Assembly: GCA_012295275.1 (NCBI GenBank)
Contig: CM022671.1
Location: 5,456,001 to 5,520,000 of the forward strand
Length of the DNA stretch: 64,000 nt
Direction: 5' to 3'
Source of the DNA: Chrysomallon squamiferum
Lineage: Eukaryota > Animalia > Mollusca
Shown piece by piece: positions 1 through 14,435 of this stretch; the first letter of the stretch is position 1, and each line of letters starts with the position of its first letter. Below the pieces are notes generated by a model. The model did no database searches, had not been told where the DNA came from, and was given only the letters and a program-made list of their open reading frames with translations. A program made the translations under genes and the position numbers.

Positions 1-349
1 TGGTTCTCACGGTATGTTGAGGTCATGTTCACCTGTTACCGTGTTTGATGTCAGCACGTATCACAGTATTTTCTTCAGTTTTTCAAAATTTTCAGTTATT
101 ATCAACACCTCTCTGACATCAGTTGACAAACAATGCCACTAAACGTCTCCTGGAATTATGTTCCTGCAGTCCTTATATCCAGATGTATGTTCATGTTAAA
201 TATTGTTTGTTCATTATGATGATGATGATAATGACGATGATGAGGATAAAGATACCAATAATAACAATAAAAGAACATTAATCCAGAAAAATAATAATAA
301 TAATAATATAATACAGATAACGATTGTCAGAAATAAAAGAAATGTTACT

Positions 350-540
350 GTTAATAATCCACTCAACAACATATTTAATATACACAGTTACATGACGTCG
401 TACACGTCGTTAACGAACATAGAGATAATGAGAGAGCAAATCCTCTACCGCCAGACCATGGGTTACACTTTTCTGTTAGCAGCAAAATAAAACCTGTTAT
501 ATGCACCTTGCCACTGATAGGAAAACAGTTATAACCCAGT
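350..540. mobile_element. Decayed interspersed repeat (SINE-like) copy
   Basis: Shares the ordered motifs (catgacgtc...gagag..aaa..ct..cgcca..catggg.tac..ttt...ttagcagcaa...tatatgcacc...gatagga..aca) with the better-preserved copy at 33640-33845. Boundaries are approximate. Confidence 0.5.
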
Positions 541-654
541 TCTAACTGTAAAGAAAAATGGCTTAATGGCAAAATGATTATAATGATGATAATGATCTGA
601 TGATGAATATACTACTGCTGTAACTAGACTTACTATTATTTCTACCACTACTAC

Positions 655-769
655 TATTGCTGCTACTATCAGTAAAACTTCAACTACTACTACTACTATT
701 ACTACTACTACTACTACTACTATTACTATTACTACTACTACTATTACTACTACTTATTACTACTACTAT

Positions 770-802
<33 letters not shown>

Positions 803-1058
803 CATCACCATCAAAGCAACTGTTCTTAATCAAAAATCGTAACAAGAAGACGTACAAAAAAGGAAAAATACGAAATTACACCAAAACTAACAAATGAAGT
901 GCATTTAAAAACTGTTAAAAGTCTGACAGGTCAAGATGACCTTCGACCTTTTCGTTTGTTATGAAATTATCAAGTTACATTCTGGCAGGATGTTAAGATA
1001 AAATTCTGCGTCTGCAATTTTTCTCATAACTGAAAAATGATTTATCTGTTTATTTATT

Positions 1059-1156
<98 letters not shown>

Positions 1157-1175
1157 ATAATGATGATGATGATGA
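655..1175. repeat. (TAC)n/(TAT)n trinucleotide microsatellites (about 655-805 and 1059-1175)
   Basis: Directly visible; explains the poly-L/T ORF 657-842. Confidence 0.9.
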
Positions 1176-1675
1176 AAAAAATGATCATGATAATATAAAT
1201 CACCTCTATACTAACAGTTTAAGAAAACCAGTTTAAAAGCAGAAGTATGTTTTATGCATATGCCGACACATTTTCACTGCTATAAATTTTAGATTTATTA
1301 ATATATTCATACGCTGCTTTTTTGCTGAGCTGTCGCTAAACATTCAATTTTTTATGATTATTTTCTGATATATACGAGCCAAGCAAACGATTAAGAAGGG
1401 TTACTGCAAAATCGGTTCACATTTTACATAGCGATTTTTGTCTGTTACAAGCAGATGTAAAGGTGGTATAAGCAATTAGTTTTTTTTGTGGGGTTTTGGG
1501 TTTTTTTTTTTTTGTGTTTTTTTTTACATTTTCATTTTTTTTTTTTTTTTTTTAATGTTAATCTCTTTAAATTTTCATATACATATTATACCCATCATAA
1601 TGGATAGAGAGATGTCCCCTTTTTTAATGAGATGCATTAGCTAATATTTCGAAGGGTAGCAAAAATCTAATGGTA

Positions 1676-2173
1676 CAGTGGAACTTCGGGTTACGAACTG
1701 AATTCGTTCCAGGACTTGATTCGTAAATCGAAGCGTTGTCAGTCATACGAACGCCACTCTCATGTTTTGCAGTTATTTATTTCTTAACCTCTACTGTGTT
1801 TTCTTGGGCGCCATATTGGATAAAAATACACACGTAAAAGAAGCAACACTTTAAAAAATGCGAGGGCACAATCTCAGTGTAAAAGCTATTGAGCTGCAAC
1901 TGAATATCGAAAACTAAAATACCTAATTCATTATATATACTTGCTAAAGGGCATGTCTATAATCCTTACTTTGACCTCGGTTTTGACGTATGTATTCTTA
2001 TCTTTACTAGATGTGACGTCAAAACAGACGTCAAAAGAAAGCTTGTCATGGCGCATGGCTGTAGTTCGTAACTCGGGACATTATTCTTAAACCGAGACAA
2101 AAATTGCCGAAGATCACGATTTGTAATATGATTTGGTCGTATTATGAGGCGTTCGTAACCAGAGGTGCCAATG
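1676..2173. mobile_element. Non-autonomous Tigger/pogo-like (Tc1/mariner superfamily) MITE, about 500 bp
   Basis: Left end TA|CAGTGGAACTTCGGGTTACGAAC. Right end GTTCGTAACCAGAGGTGCCAATG is an imperfect reverse complement of it. Repeated subterminal TTCGTAAC motifs lie near the right end. The CAGT terminus after TA is typical of pogo/Tigger. No transposase ORF. Confidence 0.65.
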
Positions 2174-2628
2174 GATTTATTTAATTTTTGATCCCCACCT
2201 TTTGTTTTGAAAATGGATCCATCCCTAATATAAAAAAAATGCCTGTTTTTTCGTATTCAAACAAATGTTATTTTTATAAATATAGTTCTTTCCACTAATT
2301 TCACATTGAAAGTTATAATAAACATCAAAAAAAAAAAAAAAAAAAAAAAATCTCGCCCCTTTTATAAATCCACCACTGGTTATAATGGTTCTCGTTAAAC
2401 TTCTGTGTTGTATCCAGTGCAGTATATATCGTCTGCTTCGAAACAAAAACAACGCGCGGAAACAAAGACCAAGCGATAACGAAAAGTAAAAAAAACACCA
2501 AAAAAAACCCACATCACTCGCCGGCTGGCGGTAAATGTAAACGCAAAGTAGTAAAAATCAGAAACATTAAACACCTGCACATGAATGAAATTTAAACAGA
2601 ATGGCGGCGGAGTGGTGTTTGTACTTAC

Positions 2629-2698
2629 AGTCAAAAGCGAACTCCGAGTTCTCGCTTCCATCAACAGCTACCACGACCAAAGGTTCCGTAGTCGCCAT
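2629..2698 (-). CDS. Universal stress protein (UspA domain), first coding exon only (USP-A); remainder presumably left of the window
   Basis: ATG at 2698 in a gccATGg context. Translates MATTEPLVVVAVDGSENSEFAFD (USP beta1 V-A-V-D-G-S motif plus alpha1), followed by the phase-1 donor T|GTAAGT. Same length and phase as the first exon of the complete USP-E. Confidence 0.85.
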
Positions 2699-3519
2699 GG
2701 CGTCTGCTACTAACGGCTAGATTCCAACTGCACTGGTTAAACGCGATCCGGTTCGCTCTCTCTCTTTCTCTCTCACACACACGCTACGCTGTGTTTTCGC
2801 ACGAATGTGATTCACGACGACGAAAACTGCCGAAGCTTAGATCAATAAAACTGAGCGCGCCATTTTGAACAGATAAACAGCGAATGATTAACTTAGGCCG
2901 AACATCCAGTGACCCTGAATTTGTGCGCTTATTTATTTATTTTTTTCTTCTAAGTCTTATCATCGTTGTTTTCTTTGGACAGTCCAGATTAAGAATTAAT
3001 GTGAAAGTCGCGAGACTACCAGTTTTTAGTGAGAGGAAGACAGAGAGTCGGGCGAGGAAAAAGGACAGTTACTGTTTGTTGTTATTTATTTCCTTCAAGT
3101 TTCAGCACAGTGTAAAAAGATTTTCATCATATTTAGTGTAGGTTAAAGTACGTTGTTCCAGGTCCGCTCATTTAATGTCTGGACTAATTTAAATTAAAAT
3201 CTTATAGGATAATTTCGCAATGTATGTTCATAATAATTTGGGCTAAAACACACACAAGAACACACATACATCCAAAACCAGTTAGATAGCAATAAAGTCA
3301 AGTTTAATAAGTTTGTAAGACAACCCATTGATGTACCTATTGTGGTTGGAATGGGAACAAAATATTTGCGAGCTGCAGACTGCTCCGCAAAAAAAACAAT
3401 AAGCAAATAATAAAATAGTAAATATATCAATAAATAAATAGTAAACAATATTAATTTATGAGTTACAGTTTTATCGACCTTATTATTTATTTTATTATTA
3501 TTATTATTTCGATAACTTT

Positions 3520-3580
3520 GATCGGATTCGAACCGGGGTCGGCTGTGTGATAAACCATACAGTTATTGTCAGGCCTAGCG
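3520..3580 (-). other. tRNA-derived (Pol III B-box) remnant, probably a SINE head
   Basis: Minus strand reads ...CACACAGCCGACCCCGGTTCGAATCCGATC (perfect B-box GGTTCGAATCC), but no intact A-box or cloverleaf. Confidence 0.35.
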
Positions 3581-5979
3581 TGATGAACAATGTTTGAAAA
3601 ACGAGATATTAACGACTGGAAGACACGTAAGGGCGACAACCGCGACCTGACCTCGTAGCTGACATGACACAAGGAAAACGGGCTGTTTCCGCTTGATTTA
3701 TTCGCGCCATAATTATCATCCAAGGTCGTAAGGCATGTTTACACTGGACGACTTGAGCTAACATCTGTGTGTTACTACAATACCACACCATACAGGTCAC
3801 ACCGATGGACATTAATACAGAAAGATTGCTGAAACTTTCATTCACTTTTTAAATTCATTTGTAATTAACTGTTACGCATAAATAATTCAGTGAATATTTG
3901 TCTAATAATATCTAAATACATCTTATTATTAATGACCACTTTTTATCAAATATTATGCTAGTATTCAGTTTGTGCTATGGCTGTATATGAGATATATCCG
4001 CTTTAATTATTCCATGGGTTACTGTTATCAATTATGTTTGTGTGTTTGTGTGTAGATAGATAGATAGATAGACACAGATTGAATGGTAGCTATAAACACA
4101 AAATATAATTGCTCTGTATATCAAGTACTGGTTATTATAGGAAACATATTGTGCACAGCAGGAAGACTTGAACAAACTACATATACAAATATAAATAATC
4201 GAATGTAATGCTATACACTATAAGAAATTCAGTGTTGAAAAAATAATACAGTAATCAATAGATGATTTTTTTTGTATCTCAATTTTTCTCGTTGTTTTGC
4301 CTTTTTTTATTGATTCGGTTTCATGTTCTGACATTAAACAACAACAACAACAACAATAATAATAATTTTTTTGTTGTTGTTTTTTTGTTTTTGCTTTATT
4401 ATTTTTTTAATTTATTTATTTATTTATTTTTTAAATTTATTAATGTTCCATTTAGGCTAAAAAAATATCTCAACTTTATTAATAGTTCAGTGAAAAAAAC
4501 AACAAAAAAAACCCAAAACATTCACACACATATGTATGGAATATCATAATGAATAAATAATAATAATAAAAAAGAGATTTATTTTGTGTGACTGTGTTTA
4601 TCGAATATTATCGAACCCAACAGACCAGATTCGGTCGCAGATTACCGAATATTTTCTAACCCAGTTGATCAAACTGATTTCTTGAGTCGAAGTTTTCCGA
4701 ATATTATCGAACCCAAGATCAAATTAATTCTGTGCGTCGAAGATTACCGAATATTACCGGACCCAGTCCTCAGATCGTTTGATCGTTTTTCTACGAAAGC
4801 TGAACAAATTCCTAGACTTTATACTTGTCTGTCATATTTAATCCAAGAAACTGAAGAATGGGAAAAGCGTTCTAACTGATTTTGTTGCGGAACGGTCGGA
4901 TGGGAAAGATCGACGTCCGGGCATGTTTTTCAGTCTACAGAAACAACATCTGTTCAAAATGAGTGGTGAGATGACGCTAAACAGTCATGTTTCAGCGTCG
5001 ATCGATAACGTAAAGGATTTAAAGAATAGAAAATTGATAAAAAAAAAGACTTACTAACAAACCTATGTATATAATTTTTCTTTAAAAGTTTTAATTATGT
5101 CAAGGTAAGAGTGAATATCTATCTGTCTGTCTGTCTGTATGTATCCATATAGAAAAAAAGAGACATACAGACAAATAGATATATCGACCTTCTGAAATAA
5201 TATTGACTTGCACTGGTATACGAAACTATTTGAAACAAACTAACCCTGAAGAGAATATTATTTGCTAAAAAAAATTCTACAAACTTGTAACTTTTGCTGA
5301 TCGATTATTGATTTTGTCTATATTCCAAGACAGCTGCAAATTTGTAAACGCCATTTTCACTAGAGAGTGACAAGAAAAAAAAAAAAATAATAAAAAGCCC
5401 AGACAGAATAAATATGCCGAATCCATATGAGGCATTAAGAAAAATTCAATTTCTGAAACGTATGCATGAATTAATCGAAACATTTTTTGTTCATTAAAGC
5501 ACTAAAAAGTCAAAATTATCTGGATCTGTGAGAGGGCTGCCACTAATGCAACTAAATGTTTGTAAGATTAAGAGGACTGCCACTTTCAGCTGTAGTTAAA
5601 AACGAGACGTAGCTTCTCTAATTCAGATACTGTACGTAAGGTTAGGAGGTCTGCTACTTACAGCCGTATTAAAAACAAAAATGCTCTCACTTTTGAACTG
5701 TATTAAAAATAATAATTTGCAAACATCGTCTGTACAGTTAAGAAAACTGTCACTGAAAGTAATGCATTTAGATCTCAGCGTTCCTTTGGGAGAACTCTGC
5801 ACTCAGCTCCTAGCAAACAATGTCGAATGTTTGATCAGTTTTCGATATCAAGGCTGGACACGTAGAGATGCATTTCTGATGTCGATGGGAGAATACAGAA
5901 AATGCTGTTATATAAATGGATGAATATTTGACACCACGACACATTTCACCAGCAACTTTTTTTTACGTGGCAGTAACTC

Positions 5980-6012
<33 letters not shown>

Positions 6013-6942
6013 TTTGTCAATAGAAAGAAGAAATCATCAGATTATGGTTGTTTGTTACCGGATACGCAGGAAATCTTTACAAAGATAAACCAGTCCAGAG
6101 ACACTGTCTGGAACGGGAATTAATTAACCGTCGCATTAAGAAGGACTGATCCAGAAATCTATCATACTTCAGACAAACGCCCTAAACCTATATTACACAG
6201 ACAAATAATAAACTGAAGGTAATGAACTGATAATAATGCAGATTTTAACACATCATTTAAAAAAAAAAAAGGAAAAAGAAGAAGAAAATCTGCGTTTTTT
6301 GAAGCGTCTGATTTAACATTAGTTCTAAACACCTGTTTCGTGTTTTAGTTACTTCCAGGCATCACAACTGATTACTTCAGAGAAGTAAAACAACGCTCCA
6401 GTGACTGTTAATAATTTGTTCTGATACAAGCAGATGTATGTTCATGCGTGTTTAAGAATCACAAACGTTTCTCTGATACAGAGATTTGGACCATGGAGGT
6501 CAGGAGTGATTTCACACTGTCAGCTTTGGTGATACGAAACGAAACAAATAAGTAGTCCTAGATAATAGTTTTGTTTGTTGTTGATAAAAAGCCCGAATGG
6601 CGGATGAAAGTAAAAAAACAAAACAATTAATTGGCTTGCAGTTCACTTTTTATATTTATTATTTATATTATATTATATTATATTATATTATATTATATTT
6701 TATTTTTATTTTATTTTATTTTATTTATTTATTTATTTATTTTAGTATATTTTATTTTTGATATTCCAGTTCGCCAGTTCTGAAGGAATACATTTAAAAT
6801 AATTCCAAGTTATCTTTTCCAACCTCATTTCTCTACAAAATCAGTTCATTGTTAACAATAAAGAACGTTGTGATGTAACAATGTTTACTCTTTTTCAAAA
6901 CTAATTAGGGAAATGTAACCCACTGCACTGTCTCTTTTCTCG

Positions 6943-8095
6943 AATCTAACACACTAACTCAATATTTCTCTCGAACATCTAACCCACTAACACTACATTT
7001 CTCTAAAATCTAACACACTGACGCTACATTTCTATTTAACACTAACACTACATTTCTCTAATATCTAACACACTAACACTACATTTCTCTAATATCTAAC
7101 ACACTAACACTACCTTTATCTCTAACATCTAACACACTAACACTACATTTCCTCTCTAACATCTAACACACTAACACTACATTTATTTCTAACATCTAAC
7201 ATACTAACACTACATTTCTCTCTAATATCTAACACACTAACACTACATTTCTATCTAACATCTAACACTACATTTCTCTACAGAATCTAACACACTAACA
7301 CTACATTTCTGTCTAACATCTATCTCACTAACACTGCATTTCTCTAACATCTAACACACTAACACTACATTTCTCTACAGAATCCACACACTAACATTAC
7401 ATTTATCTCTAACATCTAACACACTAACACTACATTTATTTCTAACATCTAACACACTAACACTACATTTATCTCTAACATCTAACACACTAACACTACA
7501 TTTATTTCTAACATCTAACACACTAACACTACATTTCTCTAACATCTAGCACACTAACACAACATTTCTCTCTAACATCTAACACACTAACACTACATTT
7601 ATTTCTAACATCTAACACACTAACACTACATTTCTTTCTAATATCTAACACACTAACACTACATTTCTCTAACATCTAACACACTAACACAACATTTCTC
7701 TCTAACATCTAACACACTAACACTACATTTATTTCTAACATCTAACACACTAACACTACATTTATTTCTAGCATCTAACACACTAACACTACATTTCTCT
7801 AACATCTAACACACTAACACTACATTTCTCTTAACATCTAACACATTAACACTACATTTCTCTGTCATCTAACATACTAACACTACATTTATTTCTAACA
7901 TCTAACACACTAACACTACATTTCTCTGTAATATCTAACACACTAACACTACATTTCTCTCTAACATCTAACACACTAACACTACATTTCTCTACAACAT
8001 CTAACAAACTAATGCTGCACTCTCCGTCTTCTCTGACTCATTTTCTAACATACTAACTTACAGTTTCTTCTCTCTGACATCTAACACTCTAACTC
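6943..8095. repeat. Minisatellite, 31-33 bp unit AACATCTAACACACTAACACTACATTTCTCT, roughly 35 copies
   Basis: Directly visible head-to-tail array, nearly G-free on the + strand, with degenerate ends. Confidence 0.95.
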
Positions 8096-8649
8096 TCTAA
8101 CCAAATAACACTGTCTCGGACGGTCACATAAAATCGATTATTAACTTTAAGACCGCTAAATTTACAATGTTTGTACAGCAAGAAGAAATCTGATTGATTT
8201 AAAACCTAACACCAAAGCAGGAAATTCTCCAAGGACGTTCACGTCAGAATCCATTAGTGTGGAGAAAATTAACATCTCGACTGATAAGATTTTGCAGCGA
8301 GGTGAGAAGGTTTATATTTGGTTTCAAAACCCTGGAGAATCGACAGAAACGAAAATGCTGTCACAGGCTATTTTTTTATTGTTGTTTATCTAGACTCGTG
8401 TCTGTCCGTGTGTTGTTTGTTGTCTGTCCAGATGTATTTGTTATTATCAGCTCGTTATCTGTCTCGCTGTCGTCTTGTTTTATGTACGAATCAGATAGCG
8501 AGGCACGCACACGCACACACACAAACACACATATACACACTAATGCGCGCGCGCGCACACACAACCACATAATGTTAAGCATATATTCACTCCTCTAAAA
8601 CAGCAAAAACATATATTAATATAATAAAATAATTGTATGTATACTGTGT

Positions 8650-8704
<55 letters not shown>

Positions 8705-10261
8705 GTACACAAACCAATACAAACAGATACACGCACAGAGATATAAATGAAGACAGACAAAAATCAAAAGAACAAACATCATGATTATACTCGAGTGATT
8801 CACGTAAAACAAAGCCGCTCTCAAAGAAGTTCAGTCTGTGTTGAAAATTTGCGATGACAGGATATCTCTCTAGGTTCCTATCACACAAACGTATCTTCAC
8901 GAAGTGAACTCATGAAAATAAATTTAAATTAGTTTCAACGTGCTCTGGGAATACAAAGCTCTTTATTAAAAATGTTTAACGCTATCTTAACTTAAGAGAA
9001 GAATTATTGTCTGAACACTGACAGTATCGCGGTTTTGAATTAAAATATTTTATCTAAATATTAGCTCGATTAGTAGTTGAAATAAAAATAAATAATGAGG
9101 GTATGAGCATCATGAAAAGCAACGAGAGTAACAACATCAGCAGCAGCAACAACAAATAAATAAAACGTCCGTTGTGAGAAGACTTTTTAGATTAGCACAA
9201 GAGATGTTTTATGTACATATTATCTCTCATACATGAAAGCATATACCTTTATATAAAATCAATTATAGAACACTGGTTGGGACGGGAAATGTCCCACTGT
9301 GTTATTGGACGGGAATTGATCCCGCGACCAACTACGCCTCATTCCCTTGCTTGCTTTAAATAGCGAGTCAAAGAACATTCCAGAAAGTTGAATAAAACAA
9401 AGAACTACACTATGCAGTATTTAACTGATTTTTTCTTTCAAAACGCGTCTTTTTTTAACCCATCTCATCGGTGTTTACGTCACGGATACTGCTGCCAGCT
9501 TTGCCATAACACACAAACTTGAACAGTCTGATACAAACACTTCACTCGCCTGTAAACTGTAACTAAAGTAATCACGGCGGAGAATCGTGGTTTTGATGAA
9601 CAAATCAGATGAAATGTTTACGAAATACGTCTTTAACATCGTGCACACATCTTCCAGAACACGGGTTGTCTGAATCAAACAGGTTCTGGTAGATTACGTA
9701 AGAAAAAGTCTTGAAAAAAAAAAAAAAAGACATGATGATGTATTTCCAATGGTTTACTTACTCACTGCTGACAAAGATAAATAACAGAGAAAAATGTCAA
9801 CAGAAGCGTTGCGAGTCTCTAGGTCTGTTTCTTGTTTACTTTTCTGTGTGAAATTTTACTTTATCGATATACAAATGGTAAAAACATGTATGTAGTCAAA
9901 TACACTCAGCGGAGCTGCTTTAATTATTGTCTTCATACTTTATTATTAGCAGCGGTTGGTGTTTAGGACAAATGACCCTCCCAAAAATGTTCTTTCGATG
10001 TATACAAAGTAGATAATTATATACGTTATGTTAGCTTTAGCACGTAATCATATACAATAAACAAATAAAAACTCAGTTTGAAGAAAACATTATATTTATG
10101 CTTTCTCAGTCGCTTTTTAATATTATATATTAGCTAGAAAGCAGATGTGAAGGTTTTTACATCTCCCCAAATAGTGCTGTGTTTTTATTATATGCATGTT
10201 CGTCTGTCTGTACGTGTGTGTGTATGTATTTGTCTGTGTGTGTATGTGTTTGTGTATGTGT

Positions 10262-10273
10262 GAGAGAGAGAGA

Positions 10274-10358
<85 letters not shown>
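10262..10358. repeat. (AG)n microsatellite
   Basis: Directly visible. Similar AG/CT tracts at about 8654-8702, 11898-12020, 12173-12260, 15674-15761, 17900-18010, 25085-25152, 33942-34187, 34717-34810 and 37405-37478. Confidence 0.95.
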
Positions 10359-10363
<5 letters not shown>

Positions 10364-11486
10364 TTATCCATTAGCAGCCGGGAGTTTATAAGTACGTAAC
10401 GTCAACAAGACGAATAAAGAACATGAAATACCTTTAGTGACGTATATTGTAATTGAATATGACGTCAGTTAATTATGCTGACCAATAGCAGTGCTTTAAT
10501 TCACTAGTAGAATCTGTGCCGCAGGTTTTGGTTATTGATTCAGTTCCTCTCGTCATAGAGCTATTTTCAGTTCCTCTCAAAGATTTCTATTATAAAATCG
10601 AGGCAAGTGCTGTTTTGTGTAAACAAACATTTACAAGAGACTTTGTAGTCAGGACGTTATTACAAATTATAGAACAGATATGTCATAATAAATAATATTG
10701 TATATAAATTATTTTTGGAAACATTTAAAGATTAAGACGATATATCATTAATTCGTTCTTTCGTTCATTCATTCGTTCGTATGTTCTATTTGGCATGAAA
10801 CTTAAAATTATTTAACTGATATGTAAAAAAATATTTTATGTTTATTAAGAATAATTTATTCATTCATTCGCTGCTCGCTCGTTCGTTCGTTTTCATTCAT
10901 TCATCCATTTACACTTGCAACGGAAAGTGCAACTGTTCTTTTGTAGCAGTTTAAAGTCATGGTACTGAGTAAATTTTATTTTTCAGAAATCGAAATAAAC
11001 TTATCTACAAAACTCACAAACCAATAGTCTAGCATGTAAACCTAAAATTCAAACCCATCTCCAAATCAGGAATGAAAAAAAAAAAAAAAAAAAAAATTAA
11101 TAATAAAACGTTACCATTATCTTTTACTCCTACAAGTTGTAATTATAATCCAGGTATTTAATTCTGGCGATGCAGTTCAAGCTACGCATGCGCATTAGTT
11201 TGGTGCGAATCTTGACGAATTACTGTCTTGCCAGACAGTGTTTATTTTTAACTAACACGAAGTTAAGTTTATCTAACGTTTTTAAATTGTATAACTGGGA
11301 GATTTATGACTGTGTATGATTTTTTTGATTATGTTACTGGCAAGTTCTGTTAACAGGTGTTTTTAATAAAGTTTTTAATTCCAGTTATCTTAGTAGTTAT
11401 CTTTTAGTAGTACCTGTTTTCCTATCCGTGGAAAGTTGCCTGTAAAATATTATTTGCAGTTAATATTCCTTTTTCTTACAAGATAA

Positions 11487-11522
<36 letters not shown>

Positions 11523-11896
11523 ATAATAAAAAACTAAAATAAACGATACGAAAAGTCGATTTAAAACTGAAATAATAATAATAAAAAAAAAAAAAAATAA
11601 TAATAATAAAACCTCTTAACATCTCGTTTCTTTAACTTAAATAGTCACTTTTTAATTTATTTTATTTTATTATATTGCTTGCTTCCACTGAAAGTTCAAG
11701 CACCTGTGCTCTGGACCCACACACACACAAACCTCTAATCTGCTTATCTAGCATGTTAGGAAGATGATTGATTAGTCAGAAAGAAGAGAAGACAATCATC
11801 CTACGCCTGCGCAGTTACGTCTATGTCGAAGACTCTACCTCCCGGGGATTCGATCCCGTTACCTTGGCATCTTGAATCTCGAATCTTTAAACACAG

Positions 11897-12023
<127 letters not shown>

Positions 12024-12168
12024 GGGACCTGTTCGTGTGTTTCGGTAACCTGGACATTTTCAAGCCGCGGTTTGTTGATGAGATTTATTGGCGATTCTGG
12101 ACAGTTCGATCCGTCGCTCGCGGGATGCCAGCGCACTTCCATTAATTTACTTTGTTGAAGAGATGTTA

Positions 12169-12266
<98 letters not shown>

Positions 12267-12690
12267 GTTGTTGAACAAGTGTGTCGTTTATCTTTCCAGG
12301 CCGCTCCTCTTAATACTCGTTTAGAGGGAGAAGTGTACGTGGTTTTTGTAACGTAGGCGATGTCTTCCACCTTCGTTTTGTTTCAGATAACAGCAGCAGC
12401 AACAACAACAACAACAACACAACAATAAATAAATAAATAAATAAATAAATAAATTATAAATAAATAAATAAAATATATATAAAAATAAAAATTACTGACA
12501 GATAAATGAACAGAAATGAATAAATACAACAATAGAAAAATAAACAAAAAGACAGATAAGCAGACTGACGTTAGATATGACAGACATACAGACAGACAGA
12601 CAGACACAGAAAGAGACAAACTGACATACTTAAAGGCAGATTAGAAGGTAAGTATGCATTTGCTAATCTGTATTTTTCATTACTTTGCAG

Positions 12691-12721
<31 letters not shown>

Positions 12722-13297
12722 AACAGAAGCCCACGCACCAGACCGTTAATAAAATCTATCAAAAGATTCTTTATAAGCGCGCTTCAAAACCTGACACAGG
12801 ATTAGACTCATATCTCATTACCAGCTGTACTTGCAAATCACTTTCTCTCGCTGCATGTTCTAAAATTAATCAAGCCATAAAAATAAGTGCGATATTGACT
12901 GTCTTTGGCTTCGAAAACAATTAATGTGCGCTTGTTTGTGTCACTATGTATGTATGTATGCATGTGTGTGTGATTATGTATCTGTGTGTGCATGTATGTA
13001 TGTGTATGTGTGTGTGTATGTATGTATGTATGTATGTTTGTGTTTATAATATATATGTGTGTGCGTATTATGTATATATATATAGATATTTGAGTGTGTG
13101 TGTGTATATGCATGTGTATGTCTCTGTTGTTGCATGCAAGCGTGGTGTGTGTGTGTGAGTGTGCACATTTGCTAACAGTTGTTATTAGCAATATTATTAA
13201 AGGTAACATACCCAGAAAAATATCCTTTACTTCTATTCAATAAAAGTAGGTATAGTTGGAGCTCTGCTCAATACACAATTAATAAATAACAAGCGAA

Positions 13298-13332
<35 letters not shown>

Positions 13333-13741
13333 AAAATAAATAAATAATAATAACAACAACAACAACAATAATAAATAATAATAATAATAAAGTAAACATT
13401 CCGATATATTTTAATATCTTGTAACTATCAAAAACAGCGAAAACATAATTTATTCTTCTTTTTCTTGCTCTTTCGTTCCCTCGTTCAAATTCATTCTTTT
13501 ATTCGTTCTTTCGTTCCTTCATTCTTCATTCACTCCTCCTTTTACTATTTCATTATCCCTCTACTTTAGTTCTTTTCTTCCTTTCTTCCTTCATTCATTC
13601 GTTCATTTAATAACCCTACTAAAAGCACACACACACCTCACAAAACATCTACTAATATCACACACAGTACTTCCATTCCATCCCTGCATTCTTTTTCAAT
13701 TTCTATACCACTGTCATTTGTACAATCTCGTCAATGTATGG

Positions 13742-13777
<36 letters not shown>

Positions 13778-13895
13778 TTCTGACACATGTAATTCAAATC
13801 CACTTAGCAACCAAAAGGAGAAGAAGAAGAACAACAACAAAAAAAAAAAAATAAAATAAAAGCAGAGAAAAAAAAAAAAAAAAAACAATACTCAC

Positions 13896-13965
13896 AGTCG
13901 AAAGCGAATTCCGAGTGTGGGCTCATATCCACAGCCATAATAACCGGTCTTGCCTTTTCCGCCAT
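13896..13965 (-). CDS. Universal stress protein first coding exon (USP-B); orphan or alternative first exon
   Basis: ATG at 13965. Translates MAEKARPVIMAVDMSPHSEFAFD, followed by the phase-1 donor T|GTGAGT. 70 nt, ending in the same SEFAFD as USP-A. No USP exon 2-4 recognised between 2700 and 13895. Confidence 0.75.
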
Positions 13966-14402
13966 TATAGCAACTGTTATTATAACCAAGTAATTATTTT
14001 TTGTCAAAATTTTCCTGAAAAGTGTCTCATGATGATAACAAGCGGGGAACGTTTCAGACAGACATCTGAGCACAGACAGCTTCCAGGAATCACCACATTT
14101 ATAGTATACCCTTCCAGCAAGCAACGCGGTACTGTTGTTATTATTATATATAGAGAGAGAGAGATGCTCTCACAGAAAGCACGAATGGAAATTAGCGAAT
14201 CTCTTGTACGGTGGTGGAAGATTATTTACGAAGAAAAGCCTGTTTACCAGTGCAAGCGGCGAGTCAGAAATTCATTTGGTTGCTGGTTTTTGAGTCGTTT
14301 TTGCGTTCTCAGTCGAAGTCGTAACCTTGAATGTCCTTCAGACGTTAATAAACAAGCCAACGGCAGCCAGGGAACTAACATTGTTCTGAAAAATGCGGTA
14401 AT

Positions 14403-14435
<33 letters not shown>

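Noticed and set aside
1-185. Possible exon 2 of USP-A near the window start
   Set aside because: Candidate minus-strand acceptors give stops or non-USP peptides in the required phase.
9745-9840. Strong minus-strand donor GCA|GTGAGTAAGT
   Set aside because: No ATG-led USP-like frame upstream. It could be a non-coding exon, but nothing else supports it.
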